From Arcobacteraceae bacterium (lineage in GTDB: Bacteria > Campylobacterota > Campylobacteria > Campylobacterales > Arcobacteraceae), in the NCBI GenBank assembly GCA_965224485.1, contig CBDCZH010000016.1, positions 244,616 through 308,615 of the forward strand: a stretch of DNA of 64,000 nt. Direction: 5' to 3'. The stretch's first letter is position 1. Each line of letters opens with the position of its first letter. The notes under the pieces were generated by a model. The model saw only the letters and a list, made by a program, of their open reading frames with translations, had not been told where the DNA came from and did not search any database. The translations under genes were made by a program, and so were the position numbers. Below are positions 29,961 to 41,121 of the stretch, one piece after another.

Positions 29961-31373
29961 TTATTTATTTAATCTTTTAGAAAAAATATTTTCAGCCCAT
30001 TCTGTAATTGGACCTCTTAATACTTTTATTAATTTAATTGCAAAAATATTTACAAGTTCTGATTTTTCTTTTGTTGATTTTAAAAGTGTTGTAAGTGAGT
30101 TTGTATGTTTGTTTACAAAAAAGTTGTCAATTTGTTTATTTGAACCTAAAATTATAACTTTACAGGTATTGTCTATTCTTGATAAAACCATTTGCATAGT
30201 TTTATTTGACATATTTTGTGCCTCATCAATGATAATAAAAGCATTTGATAGTGTTCTTCCTCTCATTTCTCCCACCCACATAGTCTCAATATGGTGATTT
30301 TGCATGATTTGTTCAACTCTTAAGCTTACATCTTGTTCTTCTATCTCTTCATAAGAGTGTTTTTTATTTGAACGTTTGTTTTTATGTTCAGTTCTTACTA
30401 TATAGTTTAAACTATCCATTAATGGATGATTATAAATTAAGAACTTTTCTTCAAGTCCAGGTAAATAACCAACATCTTCACCCTTGTCTAAAGACTCAAT
30501 AGAATTTCTTATATAGATTATTCTTTGATAATCCTTTCTTTTTACTAATTTTAAAGCACCTGAGAGAGCTAAAAGAGTTTTTCCTGACCCAGCTAAGGCT
30601 TCTGTGATTAAAACGTTGTAAGAAGGGCTTATTATTGCATTACAAAAGAATAGTTGCTCTTTATTTAAAGGTGTTATTATCTGATTTCTAATTTCACTCT
30701 CATTTAATAAAACAATTTTCTCATTTATTATACTTGCTAGAATTATTTGATCCGAACTTTTTACTTTAAAGCAGTAAGAAAAATTATGAACTTTATATTC
30801 TTTATCATAGTTTTTAATATCAGCTGAATCTAAAAACTCAATATCATTAAAGTTAATAGTAATATCTTTTATATAAGCATAATCAAACTCTTCTTTATTT
30901 GATCCAAGTAAAGAATCAGTTGGAATATCAAGAGATAAAGCTCTCATTCTTGCCATAATATCTAAAGATAAGAATGTGATTTTATGCTTGTAATACTCTT
31001 TTGCAAAAGATGCAACTTCTAAAATTTTTCTATCATTAATGATATTTAAAGAAATATTTTTAGTATCAAGAGTATATATATCTTTAGAAATAATATCAAC
31101 AATACAATTTGTTTTATGTAGAACTTCAAGCCTTATTATTTTTAAACCATTTTGTACTTTAGATTCTAAAATATTAGAATTCTCTAATATTCTTGCAAAC
31201 TCTCTTGCTTGAAAGTTTATCTCATCAAAACCAGATTTTTTTGTATCTATTTCGTCTAAAACAATTTCAGGAAGAATTATTAAATTTTTTCCCTCATCTG
31301 CTAATCTAAATAAATTATTTGCATCTTCTAATAAGATATTTGTATCTAGAACATAAAGTTTTTCAAAAGTCAT
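29961..31373 (-). CDS. PIN-domain PhoH-family ATPase (PhoH2/YlaK-like)
   Basis: VLDTNILL PIN motif, AGSGKT, MRGRTL, IIDEAQN. Confidence 0.93.
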   Translation of the reverse strand: MTFEKLYVLDTNILLEDANNLFRLADEGKNLIILPEIVLDEIDTKKSGFDEINFQAREFARILENSNILESKVQNGLKIIRLEVLHKTNCIVDIISKDIYTLDTKNISLNIINDRKILEVASFAKEYYKHKITFLSLDIMARMRALSLDIPTDSLLGSNKEEFDYAYIKDITINFNDIEFLDSADIKNYDKEYKVHNFSYCFKVKSSDQIILASIINEKIVLLNESEIRNQIITPLNKEQLFFCNAIISPSYNVLITEALAGSGKTLLALSGALKLVKRKDYQRIIYIRNSIESLDKGEDVGYLPGLEEKFLIYNHPLMDSLNYIVRTEHKNKRSNKKHSYEEIEEQDVSLRVEQIMQNHHIETMWVGEMRGRTLSNAFIIIDEAQNMSNKTMQMVLSRIDNTCKVIILGSNKQIDNFFVNKHTNSLTTLLKSTKEKSELVNIFAIKLIKVLRGPITEWAENIFSKRLNK

Positions 31374-31888
31374 TATTTTCCTTTAGGTTTTTGATTAAAG
31401 ACTTTATATATTATAAAAGCGCCAAAAATTAAGGTAATAATTGTAAAAAGAAGTGAAAAGGTTTTAGTAATTACATAAGCTACAATTAGTAAAGATAATA
31501 TTGTTGGTACTTCATTATAAGCTCTAAAAAAGTTTCCACTTTTTGTACACTTATCTTCAATTAACTGTTTTCTGTAATAATCTAAAGAGTAAGAATAAGC
31601 GATTAAAAATATTAAAACTACAAGTTTTGCATAAATCCAATAACCAGAATCAAAAATTCCAGAATTTAAATACAGCATAAAAGCACCAGAAATAATAGTT
31701 GCCCACATAGCAGGTTCACCAATTATTTTATATATTTTTCTCTCTTGTACTTTAGCTATTTCTTGATACTCTTTACACTCTTTGTTTTCAACATGGTAAA
31801 CAAAAATTCTAGGCAGATAAAATAACATTGCCATCCATGACATAAGTGCCATTAGGTGGAAGGTTAAAACCCATGAATAATATTCCAT
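31373..31888 (-). CDS. hemJ: Protoporphyrinogen oxidase HemJ
   Basis: FHL..SWMAMLFYLPRIFVYH, FRAYNEVPT. Confidence 0.93.
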   Translation of the reverse strand: MEYYSWVLTFHLMALMSWMAMLFYLPRIFVYHVENKECKEYQEIAKVQERKIYKIIGEPAMWATIISGAFMLYLNSGIFDSGYWIYAKLVVLIFLIAYSYSLDYYRKQLIEDKCTKSGNFFRAYNEVPTILSLLIVAYVITKTFSLLFTIITLIFGAFIIYKVFNQKPKGK

Positions 31889-31896
31889 TATATTCC

Positions 31897-33081
31897 TTAC
31901 TTTTTAGCTTTTATCTTCTTTATCCACTCATCTAAAGTTTTTTCAAAAGCGATATTTTTAGATTCATAAAAACTCAAATCCTGAGATAAATATTTTTGTT
32001 CTACATAACCACCAAAATCATGTGGATATTTATATCCCAAATGAGAAGAATCTATATGTTTTGGTATTTCTAATATTTTACCATTTTTAACTTCATTTAA
32101 TGCTTTATTAATTGCAAGATAAGAAGAGTTAGATTTAGGACAAGATGCTAAATAAACTACACATTGTGCTAATATTATTCTACTTTCTGGATAACCAATT
32201 TTATGAACAGCTTGCATGGTTGATACTGCTAGATTAAAAGCATTTGGATTTGCATTTCCAATATCTTCACTTGCAAAGATTACTAAGCGTCTTACTATAA
32301 AATCTGGTGATTCTCCACCTTCTATTAGTCTTGAGAGATAATAAATTGAAGCATCTACATCAGAACCTCTTAGAGATTTAATCATAGCAGAGGCTAAATC
32401 ATAATGTGAAGATGAAGAACTTATTCCATCTCCAATTACACTTTGTCTAAGTTCTCTTAGAGTTTCTACTTTTACGTCTTCATCAATTTTAAAAGCAAAA
32501 TCTAAAAGATTTAACATAGCTCTAGCATCACCAGAACTTGAATTTATTAAATAATCTATGCTATCTTCATTTAAGCTAGTTCCTAGAGCTTTTTGAGCAA
32601 TTTTAAGAATATCTATTAGTTCTTCTTTGTTTAAGGCTTTAAACTCAAATACGAAGCTTCTTGAACGTATTGCTGATGTTAGAGTAAAAAAAGGATTTTC
32701 AGTTGAAGCTCCAAGAATAATAGCCTCATAGTTTTCCATAATTGGAAGTAAAACTTCTTGTTGGTTTTTTGATAATCTATGAACTTCATCTATGAAAATT
32801 AAAGGTTTCAAAAAAGAGTTCTTATATCTATCAAACACTTTTCTTAAATCTTCTACTTTTATACTTGTTGCATTAAAATTGTAATAATCTGTATCAAGAG
32901 TTTTTGCTATTATTTTAGCAAGAGTAGTTTTTCCACTTCCAGGTTTTCCGTAAAAAAACATATGTGGAATATCTTTTTTTTTAATTAGTTTATATAATAC
33001 TTTATCTTTTGAGATTATATGAGATTGACCAACAAATGTTTCTAAAGATGTTGGTCGTAAAATATTAGCTAGTTTATTCAT
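31897..33081 (-). CDS. rarA: Replication-associated recombination protein A
   Basis: LRP, GKPGSGKTT, DEVHR, STENP, KSLRGSD, ASEDIGNA. Confidence 0.95.
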   Translation of the reverse strand: MNKLANILRPTSLETFVGQSHIISKDKVLYKLIKKKDIPHMFFYGKPGSGKTTLAKIIAKTLDTDYYNFNATSIKVEDLRKVFDRYKNSFLKPLIFIDEVHRLSKNQQEVLLPIMENYEAIILGASTENPFFTLTSAIRSRSFVFEFKALNKEELIDILKIAQKALGTSLNEDSIDYLINSSSGDARAMLNLLDFAFKIDEDVKVETLRELRQSVIGDGISSSSSHYDLASAMIKSLRGSDVDASIYYLSRLIEGGESPDFIVRRLVIFASEDIGNANPNAFNLAVSTMQAVHKIGYPESRIILAQCVVYLASCPKSNSSYLAINKALNEVKNGKILEIPKHIDSSHLGYKYPHDFGGYVEQKYLSQDLSFYESKNIAFEKTLDEWIKKIKAKK

Positions 33082-33883
33082 TTTCTAAAAAATGTCTAAG
33101 GTTTTTATACTCTTCTCTGCTTAGGTATCTACTTTTTCCTGTTGGAAGATTGTTTAAAGATATTCCACCAAAGTCTAGTCTTTTCAAATCCATAACATCT
33201 AATTCAAAGTGAGCAAAGAATCTTCTTAACTCTCTGTTCTTACCTTCTGAAATAGCAACTTTAAGTTTTGAGAATTTTTCTCCGTTTGAGATTATTTGAT
33301 ATTTATCAAAGGCAGAAAAAGACATAGATCTAATAGTTGATTTATCATGTGCTCCTGAACTTGCATCTTCTAGATGTAAACCTTCTTGCATAGCAACTTC
33401 CATTTGTTTTGTAATTGGTCCATTTACTTTTATCTTATAAATTCTTTGTAAATTAGAGTGCATAAGTTTATTTACAATATCAACAGAATCAGATAGCAGT
33501 AAAACACCCTCAGAAGCATAATCTAATCTACCTACACATAAAAAGTGTTTAAACTTATGTTCTAGTGAATCATAAACTATTTTTCTTCCTTGAGGATCTT
33601 TCTTAGTAACTAATTCACCTTTTGGTTTATTATAAACTATAACTGTAGGTATTTTGTTTTTATCAATTTTAATTGCTTTGCTATCGATTGAAACTACATC
33701 ATTTCTTTGAACTTTAGTTGCTAAAGATTTAACAACTTTATCATCTATTGAAACTCTTTCATCTTCTATTAATTTATCAGCTTCTCTTCTTGAGTATTTT
33801 GTATTATGAGAGATATATTTGTTTAATCTAACTTCTTCATATATATCTTTATCTCTTCTTGGTTTTGAGTATTCTTTGCTCAT
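33074..33883 (-). CDS. rluB: RsuA/RluB-family pseudouridine synthase
   Basis: S4 domain SRREAD, GRLD, EGKNRELRR. Confidence 0.85.
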   Translation of the reverse strand: MSKEYSKPRRDKDIYEEVRLNKYISHNTKYSRREADKLIEDERVSIDDKVVKSLATKVQRNDVVSIDSKAIKIDKNKIPTVIVYNKPKGELVTKKDPQGRKIVYDSLEHKFKHFLCVGRLDYASEGVLLLSDSVDIVNKLMHSNLQRIYKIKVNGPITKQMEVAMQEGLHLEDASSGAHDKSTIRSMSFSAFDKYQIISNGEKFSKLKVAISEGKNRELRRFFAHFELDVMDLKRLDFGGISLNNLPTGKSRYLSREEYKNLRHFLENE

Positions 33884-33891
33884 TTCTTTCC

Positions 33892-34858
33892 TTATTTTAT
33901 TCCAGCAGCAATAAGATCATGTATATGTAAAACTCCAAGGAGTTTTTCATCTTTATCAACTATAATTAAAAGTTGTATCTTATAATCTTCTATTAGCTCT
34001 AAAGCATCACTTGCTAAAATATTTTTATCATTTAATTTTTTTGGATTTTTATTAGCAATTTCTTCTACTAAACAATCCATTGAAAAATCTTTTTTCATTA
34101 ATGCTCGTCTTAAATCTCCATCACTTAAAACAGCAATAATTCTGTTTTCTTTATCAGTAATTAAAACATTACCAAGTCTTCCCTCACTCATAATAACTAT
34201 TGCATCTTTAAGTTTAGTTTCACGTGAAACGATAGGAAGATTCTCTTTTCTTAATAAATCGTCAACTTTTATAAAAAGTTTCTTACCTAAAGACCCACCA
34301 GGGTGAAAAGAGGCAAAATCCTCTTTTTTGAAATTTCTTTTTTTCATTAGACAAACGGCTAAAGCATCACCTATAGCCATTGTTAATGTTGTTGATGATG
34401 TTGGAGCTATATCTAAAGGACAAGCTTCTTTTTCAATTGAAATGTCAAAAAAGATATCTGAATATTTTCCTAATGTTGAGTTTTTGTCTTTGGCCATTGC
34501 TAATAAAGGAATATCAAATCTCTTAAGATGAGGAAGAAGTTGTATTAACTCTTCACTCTCTCCTGAATAAGATATTGCTTAAAACAATATCATTTTTATC
34601 AATCATTCCTAAATCACCATGCATAGCTTCTGTTGGATGAATGAAAAAAGATGATGTTCCTGTGCTCGCAAGTGTAGCTGCAATTTTACTTGCAACTAAA
34701 CCTGACTTTCCTACACCTGTTATAATTAATTTACCAGAAGACTTAACTACTAACGCAACTGCTTTTTCAAACTCATATGAGTCTATATTTAAAGCAGCTC
34801 TTTGTAGCTCTTTTGCTTCTATTAGTAGTACTTCTTTTGCTATTTCATTATAATTCAT
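33892..34858 (-). CDS. kdsD: KpsF/GutQ arabinose-5-phosphate isomerase; apparent +1 frameshift at about 34580
   Basis: GVGKSG, STGT, EAMHGDLG; removing one base restores AISYSGESEE; EACP, APTSST, FHPGGSLG, CBS pair. Confidence 0.9.
34216..34231. other. parS-like site inside kdsD
   Basis: aGTTTCACGTGAAACg, perfect 14-bp core of the parS consensus TGTTTCACGTGAAACA. Confidence 0.65.
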
Positions 34859-34866
34859 ATTTTTCC

Positions 34867-36945
34867 TTATTGAACAAATATTGTTGGAACAATCATAGGG
34901 TATTTTTTATATTTTCTTGTACAATGTTTTCTTACTACTTTTCTAAGTTCATCTTCTAATACTCTAGTATTTTTGAAAATACCTTCTTTTGAATTTGAAA
35001 GAAAAGTTGCTAATAAATCTTCAATCTCTTTTGCAAAAAATTTATCTTCTTTATCTGGAACTAAACCAAATGATGTAACTCTTGCTCTTTGAGCTAAAGT
35101 TCTATCACTTTCATTAATTTGAGCTACAATCATAACAACACCTTCGTTTGCCATCGTTTGTCTATCTATTATAATGTCATCTGAAATTTTGTTATTTAAT
35201 TGGTTATCAATATATACTTTTCCAGTTTTAACTGATTTAACTTTTTTAAGATATTTAGGAGTTACTTCAATTTGTTCTCCATCACTCATAATATAAACAT
35301 TTCTCTCTAAAACACCACATTGAATACCTGTATCAGCATGTTTTAAAGCATGGTTATACTCTCCATGAATTGGCATAAAGAATTTAGGTTTAGTTAATCT
35401 TAACATTAGTTTTTGCTCTTCTTGTGCAGCATGTCCTGAAACATGAATTTCAGAGAAATCTTTATAAGCTACATTAGCTCCAGCTTTTAATAAGTGATTT
35501 AATACAGCAGATACACTAGCTTCATTTCCTGGAATTGCTTTAGCAGATAATATTATTTGATCACCTGGCTTGATTTTAATATGTCTATGCTCATGAATTG
35601 ACATTCTGTAAAGTGCAGACATAGCTTCACCTTGACTTCCTGTTGTAATAATTAAAACTTCTTTATCTGGATATTTATTTACTTCATGTGCATCAATAAA
35701 TTGATCTTTTGGAAACTTAATATATCCAAGTCCCATTGCTAAATCAAGATTTTTTTCCATTGATCGTCCAATAACACAGACTTTTCTACCATATTTAATA
35801 CCATGATCAATTGCTTGAGAAACTCTATGAATATTAGATGAAAATGTAGACATGATAACTCTACCTTTTGTTTTAGAAAAAATTCTATCAAAAGTAGGAC
35901 CTACAGTCTTTTCAGTTTTTGTAAAACCTGGTGAGTGTGAGTTTGTTGAATCAGATAATAATAAAAGAACACCTTTCTCACCATAATGAGCAAATCTATG
36001 TAAATCAGTTGGATAAGCATCAATTGGAGTATGATCTATTTTAAAATCACCAGTATGTATAATTGTTCCAGCTTCTGTTGTAATTGCTAAAGAAGATGCA
36101 TCTATAATTGAGTGAGTAATATGCATCCATTCAACTTCAAAATCACCTATTTTAATTGGTTTTCTTTTTTCAATTGCTCTAAATAAGTTTCTATGTTGTC
36201 TCATTTTATGCTCATCAAACTTTGAACCAATCATTTCAAGTGGTAAAGATGTTCCATATACTTCAAATTGCATTTCTTTAAATAAATAAGGCATTGCTCC
36301 AATATGATCTTCATGACCATGAGTAATTACAATACCAGCAATTTTGTCTTTAATTTCTCTTAAATATGAAAAATCAGGAATTAAAATATCAACTCCATGC
36401 ATATCATCATCAGGGAAACTCATACCAACATCAACAATAATTGCAGACTTCTCAGTCTCAATTACCATCATATTTCCACCAATTTCACCTAAACCACCTA
36501 AAGGAGTGATTCTAACTTTTGCTTTTGTATTTAAATCTAATTTATAGTGAGGATTCAATCTATCTTTATGAATTCTTTCATTAATAACGTGAGCTTTTCT
36601 TAAGTCACTAATCCAACCTTCACCACTTTGTTCTTCAACCGTAGGAATTACATTTGTTCTTTTCTTTGGTTTTTTGAATTTATTTGATTTTGAAGCAGGT
36701 TTATTATTCGCATTATTTTTTGCATTAGGATTAGCTTTTGCATTATTTGCATTATTTGCCGTATTTGTATTGTTCTTTGAATTATTAGCAGCAGGCTTTT
36801 TATTTTGAGTATTAGCCGCTTGATTTGTTTGCTTTGAAGCACCAGTTGTTTGTTTGCTTTGTAAAGCAGTGCTAGTTTGAGTATTTTCTACAGTCTTAGT
36901 GTCTAAATTGTTACTTTGACTCGGATTGCTCTTTATTTCTTCCAT
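34867..36945 (-). CDS. rnj: Ribonuclease J with low-complexity N-terminal extension
   Basis: LGGLGEIGGN, THGHEDHIG, HTGDFK, SDSTN, HVSGH. Confidence 0.96.
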   Translation of the reverse strand: MEEIKSNPSQSNNLDTKTVENTQTSTALQSKQTTGASKQTNQAANTQNKKPAANNSKNNTNTANNANNAKANPNAKNNANNKPASKSNKFKKPKKRTNVIPTVEEQSGEGWISDLRKAHVINERIHKDRLNPHYKLDLNTKAKVRITPLGGLGEIGGNMMVIETEKSAIIVDVGMSFPDDDMHGVDILIPDFSYLREIKDKIAGIVITHGHEDHIGAMPYLFKEMQFEVYGTSLPLEMIGSKFDEHKMRQHRNLFRAIEKRKPIKIGDFEVEWMHITHSIIDASSLAITTEAGTIIHTGDFKIDHTPIDAYPTDLHRFAHYGEKGVLLLLSDSTNSHSPGFTKTEKTVGPTFDRIFSKTKGRVIMSTFSSNIHRVSQAIDHGIKYGRKVCVIGRSMEKNLDLAMGLGYIKFPKDQFIDAHEVNKYPDKEVLIITTGSQGEAMSALYRMSIHEHRHIKIKPGDQIILSAKAIPGNEASVSAVLNHLLKAGANVAYKDFSEIHVSGHAAQEEQKLMLRLTKPKFFMPIHGEYNHALKHADTGIQCGVLERNVYIMSDGEQIEVTPKYLKKVKSVKTGKVYIDNQLNNKISDDIIIDRQTMANEGVVMIVAQINESDRTLAQRARVTSFGLVPDKEDKFFAKEIEDLLATFLSNSKEGIFKNTRVLEDELRKVVRKHCTRKYKKYPMIVPTIFVQ

Positions 36946-37729
36946 ACATTTCTACCTTTTTGTACATTTGGCTATACAAAGATGCGCAGACTTGGTGAGG
37001 TCGAATATTATCATCAAGATTTAACTCTTCAAATATCTTTAGAACATGAATTTTAGCAACTATTGATGAAAGGTTTTTAGAAAGTTTTTTTCTAGGCTGT
37101 ATAAAACAGGCCTTTAAAAAACTCTTAAATCCTTTATCCAAAGTTTTACCCATATCTTTTTTGATATATAAAATAGACGACATTACTTTAGGAGGTGGAT
37201 CAAATGATTCAGGAGGGACATCAAATAGTATCCTTGAATCACGTGATAAAAGTTTTGTCATAACTGAAAGTGATGAAAATTCTTTATCACCTTCATTTGC
37301 TGAAAACTTTTTCGCAACCTCTTTTTGAAGCATAACAATAATATGTTCACAATTGTCATCTTCTAATGCTCTTAATATAATATTTGTTGCAATATAGTAG
37401 GGTAAATTAGCAATTAAATTGTATTTACCTTCATACAAAGTTACTTGTTTATCCCAAGCTTCTAGAACATCTGTGTGAATCAGTTCTAGTTTTTTACTTT
37501 GTAGTTCTACTGCAAACTTTGTTTTTAAGATACCAATTAAATCAGTATCTACCTCATAAGCTCTCACATCTTTGTATTTGACTAAAATTTCTGTCAAATC
37601 ACCTAATCCAGGCCCTATTTCAACCACTTTTGAATTGCCTTGGGGCATCGATTCGATGATCTTTGCTAAAATATTTTTATCTTTTAAGAAGTTCTGTCCG
37701 AACCTTTTTTTTGCTTTTAAATTTTCCAT
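36911..37729 (-). CDS. rsmA: 16S rRNA dimethyladenosine transferase
   Basis: FGQNFL, EIGPGLG, NLPY, FDPPPKV. Confidence 0.96.
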   Translation of the reverse strand: MENLKAKKRFGQNFLKDKNILAKIIESMPQGNSKVVEIGPGLGDLTEILVKYKDVRAYEVDTDLIGILKTKFAVELQSKKLELIHTDVLEAWDKQVTLYEGKYNLIANLPYYIATNIILRALEDDNCEHIIVMLQKEVAKKFSANEGDKEFSSLSVMTKLLSRDSRILFDVPPESFDPPPKVMSSILYIKKDMGKTLDKGFKSFLKACFIQPRKKLSKNLSSIVAKIHVLKIFEELNLDDNIRPHQVCASLYSQMYKKVEMYGRNKEQSESK

Positions 37730-37801
37730 ACAAAAACGAGTATATCTGCTTTTAACTTATAATTAGATAAGATTTATACCTAAATTTCAAAGGAAATCAA
37801 T

Positions 37802-38563
37802 TTGAGTAGTTTTGCAAAGAGAATAATTCCATGTTTAGATGTTAAAGATGGAAGAGTAGTAAAGGGCGTTAACTTCGTTGGTCTTCGTGATGCTGGAGAT
37901 CCTGTAGAAGTTGCCAAGAGATACAATCAAGAAGGTGCTGATGAAATTACTTTTTTAGATATTACAGCAAGTAGTGATAATAGAGATACTATTGTTGATA
38001 TTGTAAAAGATGTAGCCCAAGAGGTATTTATACCTTTAACTGTAGGTGGTGGAATTAGAAAACTTGAAGATATTTACTCCTTATTAAATGTAGGCTGCGA
38101 TAAAGTTTCAATAAATTCTTCTGCTGTAGTAAATCCAGCTTTTATAAATGAAGCTTCTAAAAGATTTGGTTCTCAATGTATTGTTGTAGCAATTGATGTT
38201 AAAAGAGTAAGTGACGGTTCTTATCACGTTTTTGTAAAAGGTGGACGTGAAGATACTGGTCTTGATGCTTTAAAGTGGGCAAAAGAAGTTTATGATAGAG
38301 GTGCAGGCGAAATTTTGCTAACTTCTATGGATACTGATGGATCTAAAAGTGGTTTTGAATTAAATATAACAAAACAAGTTTGCGAGCTTATTGATATTCC
38401 TGTTATTGCTTCTGGTGGAGCTGGAACTATGCTTCATATGAAAGAAGCTTTTGATTGTGGAGCAAGTGCTGCCTTAGCTGCTTCAATTTTCCATTTTAAA
38501 GAGATTGATATTATGGATTTGAAACATTATCTAAGAGATAATAATATACCTGTAAGGATATAA
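37802..38563 (+). CDS. hisF: Imidazole glycerol phosphate synthase cyclase subunit
   Basis: [29 protein letters not shown]. Confidence 0.97.
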   Translation: MSSFAKRIIPCLDVKDGRVVKGVNFVGLRDAGDPVEVAKRYNQEGADEITFLDITASSDNRDTIVDIVKDVAQEVFIPLTVGGGIRKLEDIYSLLNVGCDKVSINSSAVVNPAFINEASKRFGSQCIVVAIDVKRVSDGSYHVFVKGGREDTGLDALKWAKEVYDRGAGEILLTSMDTDGSKSGFELNITKQVCELIDIPVIASGGAGTMLHMKEAFDCGASAALAASIFHFKEIDIMDLKHYLRDNNIPVRI

Positions 38564-38564
38564 T

Positions 38565-39248
38565 ATGAAAAAAGTTGCCCTTTTATTTACGAGTGGATTT
38601 TTACTAAGCCAAGTTTTCGCTTATGATATAAATTTTTCAAAAAACTTCTCAAAAAAACTTATGCCAGATATTTTAAGTACAAATTTAAGTATAAGAATTG
38701 AAGGAAAAAACGAACAAGAAATATCAAATAAACTAGCTATTTTTAATAAAGAAATTAAAGAAAATAAAGTACTTGATAAAAAACTAGGTTCTTATAATGT
38801 AAGACCTAATTTTAAGTACTCTTCAAATAATAGTCCAAAAATAACTGGTTATGTTGGAGAGCTTAGATATAAAATAGAATCAAATAATGCTAAAGATATA
38901 AACACCTTTATAACTAGTATAAATACTTTAAAAAAATCACGTAGTACATCAATTTCTGTTTCAGGATTATCGTGGAAAGTAAAAGATGATACTTACAATG
39001 TAGCTTTAGATATTTTACGTTTAGAATCTATTTATTGGATTGAAACATATGTTAATAATTTGTCAAAAGATTTAAATAAAAAATGTGAAGTAAAAAATAT
39101 AAATATATCTGCATTTAATAGACCTGTTTCATATGCAATGAGTAGAAATTTCCAAGGAAGTGAAATGATATCTGATTCAATTCCAGTTCCTCAAGCGAAT
39201 AATCAGAAAATTTCTATTCATCCTATTTATAAGGTTGATTGTAAGTGA
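38565..39248 (+). CDS. Exported SIMPL-domain-like protein
   Basis: Signal peptide; PD..., YNVRPNF, ITGY pattern resembles DUF541/SIMPL. Confidence 0.6.
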   Translation: MKKVALLFTSGFLLSQVFAYDINFSKNFSKKLMPDILSTNLSIRIEGKNEQEISNKLAIFNKEIKENKVLDKKLGSYNVRPNFKYSSNNSPKITGYVGELRYKIESNNAKDINTFITSINTLKKSRSTSISVSGLSWKVKDDTYNVALDILRLESIYWIETYVNNLSKDLNKKCEVKNINISAFNRPVSYAMSRNFQGSEMISDSIPVPQANNQKISIHPIYKVDCK

Positions 39249-39781
39249 TAGTCTGTGCGGGAGATATTGAGAGTTTTAAATTTGCTAAAGCTATGGGAAT
39301 AGGACTTGTTAATTCAGCAATTAATCTTACAAGGTTATGTTTATTTGATAAACCTGAGTATTTACTTTTTATTGGAACTGCTGGTTCTTATGGTGATTAT
39401 AAGATATTTGATATTGTGGAGTCTAAAAGAGCAGCTAACTTAGAGCTTAGTTTCTTAAACAATGATTCATATACACCTTTGGATAATGTACTGCAAAGTG
39501 ATAACAACTTTGTAAAAAATGATACGATTGTTAACTCTTCTAATTATATAAGTACAAATGAGAACTTATGTAAGAAGTTTAAAGAGTACTCAATAGGAAT
39601 TGAAAATATGGAATTCTTTTCTATGCTTAGTGTAGCTAAAGAGTTTGAGATTCCAGCAGCTGGTATTTTTGTAGTTACTAATTATACTAATAAAAATGCC
39701 CATGAAGATTTTAAAAAAAATCATGAAGAAGCTATGGCTAAGCTTACTAATTATTTACTAGAAAAGAAAATTATAAAGTAA
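39245..39781 (+). CDS. Nucleoside phosphorylase family protein
   Basis: GIGL, FIGTAG, ENME, VTNY. Confidence 0.8.
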   Translation: MIVCAGDIESFKFAKAMGIGLVNSAINLTRLCLFDKPEYLLFIGTAGSYGDYKIFDIVESKRAANLELSFLNNDSYTPLDNVLQSDNNFVKNDTIVNSSNYISTNENLCKKFKEYSIGIENMEFFSMLSVAKEFEIPAAGIFVVTNYTNKNAHEDFKKNHEEAMAKLTNYLLEKKIIK

Positions 39782-39797
39782 TGTTTCATGTGAAACA
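39782..39797. other. parS-like site (intergenic)
   Basis: TGTTTCATGTGAAACA, 15/16 match to the consensus. Confidence 0.75.
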
Positions 39798-39867
39798 TTT
39801 AAAAAGCAAAGAGTTTTGCTTTTTAAATGTTGAAAAATTAGAATAGATTAGCAAAGAGTTTTGCTTT
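39794..39867. repeat. Repeated palindromic element AGCAAAGAGTTTTGCT (two copies; the first inside a perfect 17-bp inverted repeat)
   Basis: Arms 39794-39810 and 39815-39831; second core copy at 39850-39867. Confidence 0.8.
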
Positions 39868-40053
39868 AACTCTTTAAGTAAAATTGATATGAGAACAAAG
39901 AGCGTAAATATCTTTGCTTTTCAAATCTTGAATAAGTAAAATTAAAAATAAAAAGTCTAAGAATTTTAATCTTAAATAAGTAGAATAAAAATTAATATTA
40001 AAATAATAGAACTAATAAAAAAAGTATAATAATAAAGAACAAGAAGGAAAATA

Positions 40054-41121
40054 TTGCAATCAATATACGACTACACATTAGATGAATTAAAAGAAAAATT
40101 AAAACCAAGTTTTAGAGCTAAACAAGTTTATGACTGGATATATAAAAAGTATGCTTCCTCATATGATGAAATGAAAAATATACCAAAAGATTTATTAAAT
40201 GATTTAAAAGAAAACTATACTTTAAATTTATTAAAAATGGTTAAAAAAGAAGAAAGTACTGATGGTAGTATTAAGTATCTTTTTGCACTTCATGATGGAA
40301 TTACTGTTGAGGCAGTTTTATTACTTATGAGTAAAAAAAGATACCATGAAGATGGAGCAGTTGAGCGAACTGAGAAGTATACTGTTTGTATATCTACGCA
40401 AGTTGGCTGTAAGGTTGGCTGTACTTTTTGTCTTACTGCAAAAGGTGGTTTTGTAAGAAACTTAAGTGTAGGAGAGATTGTAGCTCAAATCGTTGAGATC
40501 AAAAGAGACAACAATATACCTGAGAATAAATCTCTTAATATTGTATATATGGGAATGGGTGAACCTTTAGATAATTATAAAAACTTTGTTCATTCAGTTA
40601 AAATATTTTCTCAAGAAGATGGTTTAAGTATTAATAAAAGAAGAATAACTGTATCAACTTCTGGTATATCTTCAAAGATTAAAAAACTAGGAGAGGAAGA
40701 CTTAGGTATTCAATTAGCTATATCTTTACATGCTGTTGATGATGAACTTAGAAGTGAATTGATTCCCATGAATAAAGCTTATAATATTCAATCAATTATA
40801 GATGCAGTAAAAAGTTTCCCTATTGATGCTAGAAAAAAAGTTATGTTTGAATATCTTGTTATAAAAGATAAAAATGATGGTTTAGATTCTGCTAAAAAGT
40901 TATTGCAATTATTAGATGGTATTAAAGCAAAGGTGAATTTAATATATTTTAATCCTTATCCTGGAACTACATATAAAAGACCACAAAGTAAGGATATGGT
41001 AATATTTCAAGAATATTTAACAAGCAGAGGTTTACTTTGTACAATAAGAGAGTCTAAAGGTTTGGATATCTCTGCTGCTTGTGGACAATTAAAAGAGAAG
41101 GAAAATGATGGGAACTCTTGA
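40054..41121 (+). CDS. rlmN: Dual-specificity RNA methyltransferase RlmN
   Basis: CISTQVGCKVGCTFC, MGMGEPL, AACGQL. Confidence 0.97.
   Translation: MQSIYDYTLDELKEKLKPSFRAKQVYDWIYKKYASSYDEMKNIPKDLLNDLKENYTLNLLKMVKKEESTDGSIKYLFALHDGITVEAVLLLMSKKRYHEDGAVERTEKYTVCISTQVGCKVGCTFCLTAKGGFVRNLSVGEIVAQIVEIKRDNNIPENKSLNIVYMGMGEPLDNYKNFVHSVKIFSQEDGLSINKRRITVSTSGISSKIKKLGEEDLGIQLAISLHAVDDELRSELIPMNKAYNIQSIIDAVKSFPIDARKKVMFEYLVIKDKNDGLDSAKKLLQLLDGIKAKVNLIYFNPYPGTTYKRPQSKDMVIFQEYLTSRGLLCTIRESKGLDISAACGQLKEKENDGNS

Noticed and set aside
37238..37247. Third parS site (ATCACGTGAT) in rsmA
   Set aside because: Only the inner 8 bp match the consensus
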